Source of the DNA: Candidatus Gastranaerophilales bacterium
GTDB taxonomy: Bacteria; Cyanobacteriota; Vampirovibrionia; Gastranaerophilales; Gastranaerophilaceae
Assembly: GCA_944323365.1 (NCBI GenBank)
Contig: CALUSG010000044.1
Span: forward strand, 5,197 to 69,196
Direction of reading: 5' to 3'
DNA length: 64,000 nt
Positions 49,592-58,918 of the stretch are shown here, piece after piece; within the stretch, counting starts at the first letter, position 1, and each line of letters opens with the position of its first letter. The translations under genes and the position numbers were made by a program. The notes beneath the pieces are model-generated. The model did no database searches and was not told the DNA's origin. It saw only the letters and a program-made list of their open reading frames with translations.

Positions 49592-51937
49592 ATGTTTAAA
49601 GAGTGGAGGATAAAGGACAATAATTCTAATGAAACGTCTTTATTAAAAAGACTGCTAATTTCTCGAGGAATTACTACTGCTGAAGAAATAAATTATTTTA
49701 CTCATCCGCTTGATATAAAAATTTCTTCTCCGGATGTTTTCACAGATATGAAAAAAACCATTGAACGTCTTTCTCACGCTATTGATAATCATGAAAAAAT
49801 TATTATATATGGCGATTTTGATGCTGATGGTGTCACTTCAACATCTCTTTTGTATAAAACTTTTAAATTTCTTGGGGCAGATGTTAATTACTTTATCCCT
49901 GATCGTGACAAACAAGGTCATGGTCTTGACACAAAATCTCTCGTCAAAATAATGACAACAGCAAAACCTAAAGTAATAATATCTGTCGATTGCGGTATTA
50001 GCGATATTGATGCCGTAAGTTTTATTAATTCTTTTAAAATAGACGTCATTATTACTGACCATCATGAAGCTCCTGAAAAACTACCTGAGGCTTTTGCTAT
50101 AATCAATCCAAAAGCACAAAATTCGCTTATTGAGTCTTTATCAACTAAAGAAATAGAAAGTCTTACCTCTCTTGCCGGTGTTGGTGTTGCTTTTAAAGTT
50201 GCACAAGCCTTATTAAAACATTATAATAAACCCGAATTTGTTTATGAAATATTACCCTTTGTTGCTGTTGGAACTATTTCTGATATTGTTCCGTTAATTG
50301 GCGAAAACAGATATTATGTCAAAAAAGGACTAGAATTAATATCACAGGGAAAACATTACGGAATAAAAAAACTTTTAGAAAGTGCCGGTTATAATGTAGA
50401 AAAAGGTATTACCGCTGAAAATATTGCTTTTGGGGTTTCACCTAGAATAAATGCATCCGGCAGACTTGATACTGTCGAAGAGGCTGTCAAAGTTCTTATT
50501 TCTGAAAACAGACAAGAAATTGATATGGCTGTTATTTCTTTAAATGAATTTAACAAAATTCGTCAGGATTTATGCCAGCAAATGTTTTTAGAAGCCGAAG
50601 AAATGATTAAAAAAGAAGGCAACAGAACTCCGGCTATTATTCTTTTTAAGCCGGACTGGCATATTGGAATCATCGGTATTGTTGCTTCTAAAATTGTCGA
50701 AAAATATTATAAACCAACATTTTTAATGACTTATTCAAACGAAACAAAAATGTTTAGATGCTCCGCTCGTGGTGTGGAAGGTCTGTCTTTATATGATATA
50801 ATTTGTGCAAATTCCGAATTATTAGACGGATTTGGAGGTCACAAGCTGGCTGCAGGTCTTTATTTTTCTGAAGAAAAATCTTCTTTTAACGCAGTTAAAG
50901 AAGCTTTAAATAAAACTGTTAAAGATCAACTTAACGGCAAAGAATTAAAACCTTTTATTAATATTGATTTAGAAGTATCACCGGATGATTTAAATATTGA
51001 AAATGTTGAAGAACTTAGTCAATTAGAGCCATTTGGTGCTGCAAATCCTAGCCCTGTTTTTGCAATGAAAAATCTTAAAATTAAAGAAAAAAAATTAATG
51101 GGCGAAAATAAAGATCATTTAAGATTAACTGTACAAAAAGATACTTATGAATTTAATTGTATAAGATGGCAGCAAGGTGATATCTCTCTTGTTCCCGGTG
51201 ATATTATAGACATTGCTTTTCACCCGCAAGTTAACGAATTTAACGGCAATACAAGTGTTCAATTAATTATGGATGATATCCATTCAGAACATTTAAAACA
51301 AGAGATTCAAACAGGTATTAAAGTTTATGATCATCGAAAAAAAACAAATATATTCCCTTTGGTTAATGATTATATTAAAAACTCAAATCAAAACATCAAA
51401 ATTTTTGCCGAAAGTAAAGCTATTTTAGATAATTTAAGTTCATATACTTATTTAAAAGAAAATATTTTTAATCGTGAATATATTCCAAACTGTGATACAT
51501 TAATGTTTTTTGACTATCCGGCAGATAAAGAAACCTTTGAACAAATCATAGAAGAAGCCTCTCCTTCTTGTATTCATTTTATGAATTACAAAATTAAATA
51601 TTTTGATGAAAAAGAGTTTTTGCTAACCTTTATTAAAATGCTTCGGTTTGCAGTAAACAACAATAATGGTATTGTCAATATCTTAAGATGTGCCAGTGCA
51701 TTAGGAAAATCCGTTGAAACTATTTTAACTTTATTAGATCTATTTGAAGAAATTAATTTTATAAAAGTTTTTGAAAAGAATTTAGAATATTACAAAATTG
51801 AACTTTTTGATATAAAAGATTTATCTGCAGCTTTACACAGTAAAAAATACGCAGAAGTAAAAAATCTTCTTGAAGAATGTGAAAAATTTCAAAAAGACCT
51901 TCTTGAAGGTGATCTAACCGTTTTGTCCCTTGTTTAA
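49592..51937 (+). CDS. recJ: single-stranded-DNA-specific exonuclease RecJ with a long C-terminal extension
   Basis: DHH motifs (GDFDADG, ITDHHE) and DHHA1 (GGHKLAAG). Start placed at Met10 of the tracked ORF. Confidence 0.85.
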   Translation: MFKEWRIKDNNSNETSLLKRLLISRGITTAEEINYFTHPLDIKISSPDVFTDMKKTIERLSHAIDNHEKIIIYGDFDADGVTSTSLLYKTFKFLGADVNYFIPDRDKQGHGLDTKSLVKIMTTAKPKVIISVDCGISDIDAVSFINSFKIDVIITDHHEAPEKLPEAFAIINPKAQNSLIESLSTKEIESLTSLAGVGVAFKVAQALLKHYNKPEFVYEILPFVAVGTISDIVPLIGENRYYVKKGLELISQGKHYGIKKLLESAGYNVEKGITAENIAFGVSPRINASGRLDTVEEAVKVLISENRQEIDMAVISLNEFNKIRQDLCQQMFLEAEEMIKKEGNRTPAIILFKPDWHIGIIGIVASKIVEKYYKPTFLMTYSNETKMFRCSARGVEGLSLYDIICANSELLDGFGGHKLAAGLYFSEEKSSFNAVKEALNKTVKDQLNGKELKPFINIDLEVSPDDLNIENVEELSQLEPFGAANPSPVFAMKNLKIKEKKLMGENKDHLRLTVQKDTYEFNCIRWQQGDISLVPGDIIDIAFHPQVNEFNGNTSVQLIMDDIHSEHLKQEIQTGIKVYDHRKKTNIFPLVNDYIKNSNQNIKIFAESKAILDNLSSYTYLKENIFNREYIPNCDTLMFFDYPADKETFEQIIEEASPSCIHFMNYKIKYFDEKEFLLTFIKMLRFAVNNNNGIVNILRCASALGKSVETILTLLDLFEEINFIKVFEKNLEYYKIELFDIKDLSAALHSKKYAEVKNLLEECEKFQKDLLEGDLTVLSLV

Positions 51938-52003
51938 TTATTTATGTATGGTATACTAAAAATGAACATTTTTATATAAATATTCGTTTTATAGGAGAAA
52001 GAT

Positions 52004-52480
52004 ATGAAAAAATTATTATCTATATTAGTCATATTTGGTTTATTTATTTTTAGCGGTTTAAAAGCCTTTGCAGATGATGCTGCAGAAGCAAAAGCTTTTT
52101 TTAACAGTTATGTAAACGCGGCAAATACTTATAGCCCGTCAATTCCCAGCTTTTACTCACCAAATGCAAAAATAATTCGACAAGTTGTCAAACCTGATGG
52201 CTCTTTAGCTAATGCTTACACTAATACATCAACTTATATGAAACAGCTCAAACTCGGACAAGCAACAGCAAAAATAAGAAAATACAAAAATACATATAGA
52301 AATATATCTGTAGAAAAAGTTCCCGAAGGCTATATTATTCGTGCAGAAAGACAGCCTACCGGCGAAACTTACTGGCTAAAAACATATCAAATTGTTCAAA
52401 AACAGCCAAATGGTCAATGGAAAATAATAGAAGAAATGATGCAGACAAAGGAACAAATATTCTTGAAATATGCTAAATAA
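52004..52480 (+). CDS. secreted hypothetical protein (possibly NTF2/SnoaL-like)
   Basis: Signal peptide and GGAG SD. The fold guess is unverified. Confidence 0.5.
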   Translation: MKKLLSILVIFGLFIFSGLKAFADDAAEAKAFFNSYVNAANTYSPSIPSFYSPNAKIIRQVVKPDGSLANAYTNTSTYMKQLKLGQATAKIRKYKNTYRNISVEKVPEGYIIRAERQPTGETYWLKTYQIVQKQPNGQWKIIEEMMQTKEQIFLKYAK

Positions 52481-53483
52481 GTTCAGATTTTTAACAGCAG
52501 GCGAAAGCCACGGAAAATGTTTAACAGCAATAATTGATGGAATACCTTCAAATCTTTTTATAGATATTGATTTTATTAACAATGAACTAAAAAGACGACA
52601 GAGTGGTTATGGAAGAAGCAATAGAATGTCTATTGAAGCTGACACCATTGAAATTACTGCAGGTATTCATAATAACAAAACAACAGGGGCACCAATTTGT
52701 CTTGTAATATATAATCATGATTTTACAGAAAAACCTGCGTTTACAAAATATCGCCCCGGACATGCTGATTTTGCAGGAAGTCAAAAATATAATCTTAATG
52801 ATTTACGAGATGTTCTTGAAAGAGCAAGTGCACGCAAAACAGCTATTGAGGTTGCTTGCGGAGCGATTGCAAAACTTCTGCTCAAAGAGTTTGACATATC
52901 TTGTTCTTCAAAAATTTTACAAATTGGCAATGTTGTAGAAAATTTTGAACAAGAAATAGACAAAGCAAAAGAACAAGGTGACTCTCTCGGCGGAAAATTT
53001 GAGGTTATATTCAAAAATCTTCCGATAGGTTTAGGGTCTTATGTTCAGTGGGACAGAGGATTAGATGGCAAAATTGCACAGGCAGTTATGAGTATCGGTG
53101 CAATAAAAACCGTTGAAATTGGTGAAAATCCTCTCGGAAAAAATGGCTCCGAGTATCACGATGAAATGTTTTTAAATGACGGTAAAATTATTCGGAAAAC
53201 AAACAACGCCGGAGGTATTGAGGGAGGAATGTCTAATGGCGAAGACATTATTGTAAGAGCAATTATGAAACCAATACCGACTATGCTCAAACCATTAAAA
53301 ACAGTTGATAAAATATCATTATCTGAATGTGAGGCTTATTTTGAAAGATCTGATACTTGTGCGGTTGAAGCTTGTTCTGTTGTTGCAGAAGCAAAAATTG
53401 CCTGTATTTTAGCTGACGAACTTTTAAATAAATTTGGTGGTGATTCTTTAGAAGAAATTAAAAAACACTACAAAGAATTATAG
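52470..53483 (+). CDS. aroC: chorismate synthase
   Basis: FLTAGESHG N-terminus, RPGHADF, GGIEGGMSNG. Confidence 0.88.
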   Translation: MLNKFRFLTAGESHGKCLTAIIDGIPSNLFIDIDFINNELKRRQSGYGRSNRMSIEADTIEITAGIHNNKTTGAPICLVIYNHDFTEKPAFTKYRPGHADFAGSQKYNLNDLRDVLERASARKTAIEVACGAIAKLLLKEFDISCSSKILQIGNVVENFEQEIDKAKEQGDSLGGKFEVIFKNLPIGLGSYVQWDRGLDGKIAQAVMSIGAIKTVEIGENPLGKNGSEYHDEMFLNDGKIIRKTNNAGGIEGGMSNGEDIIVRAIMKPIPTMLKPLKTVDKISLSECEAYFERSDTCAVEACSVVAEAKIACILADELLNKFGGDSLEEIKKHYKEL

Positions 53484-54304
53484 TAATCTTTTAATATTTG
53501 AGCATCACCCTCTATATTAGGACTTTCACATACAACAGCACCTTTTACGTTAAAGTTTTTTAATGCTCTCAATAAATCTTTATAGTTCATATCAGAATCT
53601 TGAAGAATCAAATGTTGTTTTTCACCTTTTGATGTATATTCTATACCTGCAATATGTGCATGAAAATTTTCCAAAGCTATATCACCTAATTCTTTTCCTA
53701 TTCTTTCAAGAACAAACGAAAATTCATCATAAGTATTGTATTTTCCGCCAGTTCTAGCATGAATATGTGAGAAATCTATACAAGGTAATACCATTTCAAA
53801 TTCCTTGGACAATTTTATAATTTCTTCGTAATCTCCCCATTGAGTTGGTTTTCCTGTGGTTTCAGGTCTTACCCAAACTTCTGTTTTTTCTTTTTCCAGT
53901 ATATCAACAATTTTTTTTGTTTGTTTTTTTACTTGTTCGTAAACAACTTCTTTATCTTTTCCCATATAATATGCGGCATGATATGTAATACTATATGCCC
54001 CGACATCATGTGCTGCTTGTGCCGTATCTATTATTCGTTGAATACTTGCATCTATCTTTTCTTCTTCATTTGAATTTAAATTTATATAATAAGGACCGTG
54101 TGCTGTTAATATTAAATTTTTTTCTTTGGATAATGTCTTTACTATTTCACGGGTTTTGTCAGACATCCTGACTCCATGGACGAATTCTATCTCCATTCCG
54201 TCTAAATTCAATGACTTAAGAGCCTCAAAAGCTTCAGGATAGCTACCTTTAGTTATTAAAGGCATACCTGCTGTAAGAAAATTTAATCCTTCTATTTTTT
54301 TCAT
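53468..54304 (-). CDS. xylose-isomerase-like TIM-barrel protein (AP endonuclease 2 / endonuclease IV-like)
   Basis: Metal-ligand pattern AHGPYYINL, YHAAYY, RPETTG, IDFSHIHAR, HAHIAG..Y. Confidence 0.7.
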   Translation of the reverse strand: MKKIEGLNFLTAGMPLITKGSYPEAFEALKSLNLDGMEIEFVHGVRMSDKTREIVKTLSKEKNLILTAHGPYYINLNSNEEEKIDASIQRIIDTAQAAHDVGAYSITYHAAYYMGKDKEVVYEQVKKQTKKIVDILEKEKTEVWVRPETTGKPTQWGDYEEIIKLSKEFEMVLPCIDFSHIHARTGGKYNTYDEFSFVLERIGKELGDIALENFHAHIAGIEYTSKGEKQHLILQDSDMNYKDLLRALKNFNVKGAVVCESPNIEGDAQILKDYYNSL

Positions 54305-54307
54305 TAA

Positions 54308-54703
54308 TTAAACCTTAACTTTAATCATTTCTTCTAAAATTTCAGCTCCTGTTTCAACAAATTTTGAACAGTGAGCTTTCTTATTTTCAGGTAAAACATC
54401 TTTTGATAAAATTCTACAACAGGTAAATTTATGTATTGTTTTAAATTTTTCAACAAATTCAGCTGCTTTTTGACGTGCTAAAACTTCATTTCCTTTAACA
54501 TTCTCTCTGCCATAGTTATAGCCTAATATTATCTGAGAACATCCAATAACACCACATAAACAGCCTGATGACATTCCGCTGGAAAATGTTGTCGAACACG
54601 GCAGCAAATCCTTTGGACAAAGTCCTTCATCTATTGCAGCTTTCATTAAACTCTCTGCACATGAATATCCATTCATAAAATATTTTTTTGCTTTTTCTTT
54701 CAT
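54308..54703 (-). CDS. C_GCAxxG_C_C family protein
   Basis: GYSCAESLMKA and SSGCLCGVIGC motifs; C-terminal HCSKFVETGAEILEE. Confidence 0.75.
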   Translation of the reverse strand: MKEKAKKYFMNGYSCAESLMKAAIDEGLCPKDLLPCSTTFSSGMSSGCLCGVIGCSQIILGYNYGRENVKGNEVLARQKAAEFVEKFKTIHKFTCCRILSKDVLPENKKAHCSKFVETGAEILEEMIKVKV

Positions 54704-54726
54704 AATAATAAATTATACACTTTTTT

Positions 54727-55848
54727 CTATCTTATTTGTACCGGCATAATCAAACATACAAAATCTTCTTCACTGTTTGGTTTTAATACTGTTGCAGATA
54801 ATGCTGTATTTAGTCCGATTTTAACTTCTTCACTTGATATATTCTTTAATGCATCTAAAACATATTTATAATTAAAGGCTATTAATAATGGTTCTGATGT
54901 ATATTGTATATCAATTTTTTCTTCTGATTTACCTGAATCCGGTGTGTCTGCATTCAATGTTAATTCATTATCGGCAAAATTCATTTTTACAATACTTGTC
55001 TTTTCATTAACCATAATAGAAACACGTTCTAATGCTGATATCAACTGAGATACATTAACTATTGCTTCTTTTGGACTTTCAGAAGGAATTAATTGATTAT
55101 ATTTAGGGAATTGACCTTCCAATAACCTTGAAATTGTCGTTGTTCTTTCTGATTTTATTATTAATTTTGTTTTTTCTGTATATAATTTTACATTTTCTTC
55201 GTCAATATATGCACTCAATTTTATAAATTCATTTAATGCTTTTGCCGGAATAATAAGTTGTTTTGTTTTATTTTCTTTATTATTAATTTGTTCTCTTTCT
55301 CTAGCAAGTCTGTTTCCATCTGTTGACGCTATTTCTAAAACAGAACCTGAAATATCGCATACAATACCTGATAATAAATTGCTTGTTTCATAGCCTGCTG
55401 CAGCAAATCCTGCTTGTCTTACGGCTTTTGTAAATGGTTTTAATTCTATTTCAAAACATTCATTATCATTTAAATCTACATTATAAACTTCAGGAGGGAA
55501 TTCAGAAGCTGAAATACCAATAATATCAAACTTTGAATTTTGACATGTTATATTAACATTCGTTTCACCTTGCATCATTTCAAATGTTATTAATTTATTA
55601 CCTAGTTTTGATACAATTTCATTTAATGTTTTAGAAGGCAAAGTAATACGTCCTTCTTCTTCAACCTGAGCATCTACAAGTGCTGTTACAGTTAAATCCA
55701 AATCTGTTGCTACAAGTCTTATTGTTCCTTTATCAACAGTTTCTATTAATAAATTCATAAATACGGGCTGTAAAGCCTTCATACTTGTTGCTCTTTCTAC
55801 AATTTTTATCCCATCAAATAAATCTTCTTTTTTTACTATAAATTTCAT
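54727..55848 (-). CDS. dnaN: DNA polymerase III beta sliding clamp
   Basis: MKFIVKKEDL...ALQPVFMNLLIE...IRLVATDLDLTV; three-domain length of 373 aa. Confidence 0.92.
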   Translation of the reverse strand: MKFIVKKEDLFDGIKIVERATSMKALQPVFMNLLIETVDKGTIRLVATDLDLTVTALVDAQVEEEGRITLPSKTLNEIVSKLGNKLITFEMMQGETNVNITCQNSKFDIIGISASEFPPEVYNVDLNDNECFEIELKPFTKAVRQAGFAAAGYETSNLLSGIVCDISGSVLEIASTDGNRLAREREQINNKENKTKQLIIPAKALNEFIKLSAYIDEENVKLYTEKTKLIIKSERTTTISRLLEGQFPKYNQLIPSESPKEAIVNVSQLISALERVSIMVNEKTSIVKMNFADNELTLNADTPDSGKSEEKIDIQYTSEPLLIAFNYKYVLDALKNISSEEVKIGLNTALSATVLKPNSEEDFVCLIMPVQIR

Positions 55849-56225
55849 TTATAAATACTCCTATCTTTTTAAATTTTATAATAAAAAAAATTAAAAAAAA
55901 AGATGAAATTTCTCTTTTTGTTTTTTATATTTTATAAATAATATAATAATAAATATATTTATAAATAACAGTAATAATAAGTCAATAAAATTTGTAGAAA
56001 ATATAATGAAATTAAAATATATCAAGAAGATTATTGTATAAAAATTTGTAGAAAAAGTATCAAAAAAAAGTAGAAAAAGAAATAGAAAATTATAAAAACA
56101 ATAAAATTGTAGAAAACTCATGAGTTTTCTACAGAAAATAACATGTTTTTCTACAGAACTAGTCCGAATGGATGATTTATTAAAGATTACAAGAAAAAAT
56201 TCCGATAAAAGAACTGGAGGTATTT
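55849..56225. other. putative chromosomal replication origin (oriC)
   Basis: Very AT-rich block (55860-55990) with the 11-mer TTTATAAATAA twice (55931-41, 55958-68), followed by a DnaA-box-like cluster. Immediately upstream of dnaN. Confidence 0.6.
55993..56155. repeat. cluster of five perfect TTTTCTACA (DnaA-box-like) 9-mers plus two near-copies
   Basis: TGTAGAAAA at 55993-56001, 56047-55 and 56108-16. TTTTCTACA at 56125-33 and 56147-55. Imperfect AGTAGAAAA at 56069-77 and AATAGAAAA at 56081-89. 56108-56133 is a perfect 26-bp palindrome. Confidence 0.85.
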
Positions 56226-56591
56226 ATGTTCAATTCAGTAAATAACCCGTTTAATAAAAGGATAGAATCATCCACATCATCAGATAGTAATAAACATCAA
56301 AAACCAAGAGAACAGAAACAAGAAGAGAAAAAATACCTGGAACAGGAAGAGCAGGATGAAGTAAAAATAGGCGGTTTACCATTATTGACTGAAGAAGAAA
56401 TCGTTATGATGACAAATTCTTACATAAATAATCTAAAAAATGAACATGAAGGAAATAAAAAAATAATAGATAGATTAGATAAATACTTAGAAAAGTTTGA
56501 TGTTCAGAAATTCATGAAAAAAAATCCAAATATGACAAGTCCGGATTTTTATATGGTAATGTATAATGAAACAGAAGGCTTAATAAAATAA
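56226..56591 (+). CDS. hypothetical charged protein
   Basis: GGAGG SD; no domain. Confidence 0.5.
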   Translation: MFNSVNNPFNKRIESSTSSDSNKHQKPREQKQEEKKYLEQEEQDEVKIGGLPLLTEEEIVMMTNSYINNLKNEHEGNKKIIDRLDKYLEKFDVQKFMKKNPNMTSPDFYMVMYNETEGLIK

Positions 56592-56932
56592 TGATAAAAT
56601 ATATAGCACCGATAGCGTTATTAACAATATCAAATATATTTATGACATTTGCCTGGTACGGTCACTTAAGATTTAGAAACACAGCATTAATAACAGTTAT
56701 TATTGTAAGTTGGGGAATAGCATTTTTTGAATATTGTTTTCAAGTTCCTGCAAACAGAATAGGATATGAAGTTTATAACGCTGCTCAACTAAAAGTCATA
56801 CAGGAAGTAATAACGTTAGTAGTGTTTAGCGGATTTTCAGTAATGTATCTAAAAGAGCAATTTAAGTGGAATTATCTTGTCGGATTTGTCTTTTTAATAT
56901 TAGCAGCATATTTTATATTTAAAAAATGGTAA
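56591..56932 (+). CDS. DMT-superfamily small membrane protein (DUF486-like)
   Basis: ISNIFMTFAWYGHLRF N-terminus and four TM helices. Confidence 0.7.
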   Translation: MIKYIAPIALLTISNIFMTFAWYGHLRFRNTALITVIIVSWGIAFFEYCFQVPANRIGYEVYNAAQLKVIQEVITLVVFSGFSVMYLKEQFKWNYLVGFVFLILAAYFIFKKW

Positions 56933-57974
56933 GCAAATCATCAAAAAAGAATTCTTTGACACAGGAATAATCTACAGGCAAAATAAATCTTATTTTATCA
57001 GATGTAGATTTTTTGTCTGTTTTCATAATCGGAATAATTTTTTTTAAATCATAATCAGGTATTTTTTTAAAGTCGAATTTTTTAATTAAATCCTGCATCA
57101 AAAACAAGTAGTTTTTATCAATAAGATTATTTTTAAAAGCTAAATTAAAAGCAAAAATAATACCGGCAACAACACATTCTCCGTGTGTATACTTTTTGTA
57201 GTTTGTAATTTTTTCTATGGCATGACCGTATGTATGACCAAAATTTAATATACGTCTTAGATTAGATTCTTTTTCATCTTTTTCAATAACTGAAATTTTT
57301 AAAGAAATACATAATTTAATAAGATGTTCTAGAACAGAACTATCATAATTTAGTATCTTTGAATAATTTTCATCTAAAAAGTTCAATAAATTAAAATCCA
57401 ATTCGCAATTTTTTTCAATAAAAGCATACTTTATAACTTCGCCAAGACCTGTTTTAAAATCCCGTAACGATAAAGTTTTAAGAAATTCAGGATAAATAAA
57501 AACAGCTTTTGGTTGATGAAAAGCCCCGACAAGATTTTTACCGAAAGAGTTATTAATGGCAACCTTCCCTCCTACAGAACTGTCAACACAAGCAAGCAAG
57601 GTCGTTGGAATTTGAATATAATCAATACCTCTCATATATGTTGCAGCAGCAAATCCTGCAATATCTCCGACAACGCCACCTCCTATTGAAATAATAACGT
57701 CATCTCTAGTTAGTTTGTTTTTAAAGCAAAAATTAAGGATTTTATTAAAATTATTAAAATTTTTTTGATTTTCGCCATCTTTTAAAACAAAAATATTGTC
57801 AAAATCTAACAAATTACCATAAAGCTTTGAAACTTTTTCGCTTATAATAACCACATAATTTTTTTTAGAAATAAAGTTTAAAACATCATTTTTTATATTT
57901 GAAAAATTATTGTTATTAATAAAGATAGGATAAGAGATTTGTGATTCTTTAATATTAACGTTTATTTCAATCAT
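56919..57974 (-). CDS. aroB: 3-dehydroquinate synthase
   Basis: GGGVVGDIAGFAAATYMRGI, NFGHTYGHAIE, HGECV. Confidence 0.88.
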   Translation of the reverse strand: MIEINVNIKESQISYPIFINNNNFSNIKNDVLNFISKKNYVVIISEKVSKLYGNLLDFDNIFVLKDGENQKNFNNFNKILNFCFKNKLTRDDVIISIGGGVVGDIAGFAAATYMRGIDYIQIPTTLLACVDSSVGGKVAINNSFGKNLVGAFHQPKAVFIYPEFLKTLSLRDFKTGLGEVIKYAFIEKNCELDFNLLNFLDENYSKILNYDSSVLEHLIKLCISLKISVIEKDEKESNLRRILNFGHTYGHAIEKITNYKKYTHGECVVAGIIFAFNLAFKNNLIDKNYLFLMQDLIKKFDFKKIPDYDLKKIIPIMKTDKKSTSDKIRFILPVDYSCVKEFFFDDLLTIF

Positions 57975-58474
57975 TTTAAATACCTCAAAATTTTGTCACA
58001 AACTTCATCGGGAGTTTTATCACATGTGTCAATAATAAATTTTGCTTTTTCATAATTAGCAGAACGTTTTTTTAAAATAAAAGCAATAGTATCAACAGAA
58101 AAGTTTTTGCGTAAAAGAGGTCTGTGAATGGAAGTTTTTATACGTTCAAAAAGGCATTGAGGTGTTGCTTTCAGGTAAAAAACAATACCATTTTTCTTTA
58201 AAAGTTTTTGAGTTTCTTCGTCTTCAAATCCGCCGCCGCCTAAAGATAAAACCATATTGGTTTTATTAGCGAAAAATAAAGTTTTTTCTTTTTCTAAACG
58301 ACGAAAATATTGTTCCCCAAATTCATTAAAAATAGCAGATACCGTCATTTTTTCTTGTTTTTCAATTTCATTATCAATATCAACAAAATCGAATCCTAAT
58401 TTTTTACTTAAAGCAGATCCGACAGTTGTTTTTCCAGAGCCCATCATTCCAATTAAAACAATTAATTTTTTCAT
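57971..58474 (-). CDS. aroK: shikimate kinase
   Basis: P-loop GMMGSGKTTVG, D.D, LSLGGG. 4-nt overlap with aroB. Confidence 0.88.
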   Translation of the reverse strand: MKKLIVLIGMMGSGKTTVGSALSKKLGFDFVDIDNEIEKQEKMTVSAIFNEFGEQYFRRLEKEKTLFFANKTNMVLSLGGGGFEDEETQKLLKKNGIVFYLKATPQCLFERIKTSIHRPLLRKNFSVDTIAFILKKRSANYEKAKFIIDTCDKTPDEVCDKILRYLK

Positions 58475-58548
58475 AAAAAAATATTAACATAAAAAGATAT
58501 ACAATAAAGTTTTTTGTGTTATTTATATAATTAAAAAGGCATGAAAAG

Positions 58549-58839
58549 ATGAGAATAAATCAGATTACATATACCCCAAGGACTTTTTGCGGAAAAAAGT
58601 CCGAAAAGACGGAGAAAAAAACAATCTCACCAATAAAAGCAGGATTAACAACAACAGCAATATGGCTGGGTTTTGGTTTTGCATTTCAAGAAGTAACAAA
58701 TAGATTATCAAAAGCAATCAAATCCGATAAAAAGGCATCTATCATAATAAATGTCGGATGTGCTGTAATTTTTGGAGCAATAGATACAGTAAGAGCAGTA
58801 ATACGAAAAAAACATCTTGACAAAAATAAAAAAAATTAA
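58549..58839 (+). CDS. hypothetical small membrane protein
   Basis: N-terminus MRINQITYTPRTFCGKK followed by two hydrophobic helices. Confidence 0.5.
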   Translation: MRINQITYTPRTFCGKKSEKTEKKTISPIKAGLTTTAIWLGFGFAFQEVTNRLSKAIKSDKKASIIINVGCAVIFGAIDTVRAVIRKKHLDKNKKN

Positions 58840-58918
58840 TAAAATAATGGCATGATAAAAAAGAAAACGGAAAAATTTTTAGCACAAATGTCCCAAACCC
58901 TTGATACGATAAGCCTCA

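Noticed and set aside
55891-56121. 76-aa minus-strand ORF (MSFLQFYCFYNFLFLFLLFF...)
   Set aside because: It lies entirely within the AT-rich box cluster upstream of dnaN. Its Phe/Ile/Leu/Asn-only composition is what translation of A/T-rich non-coding DNA gives. It has no SD, and its ATG sits inside the 26-bp palindrome.
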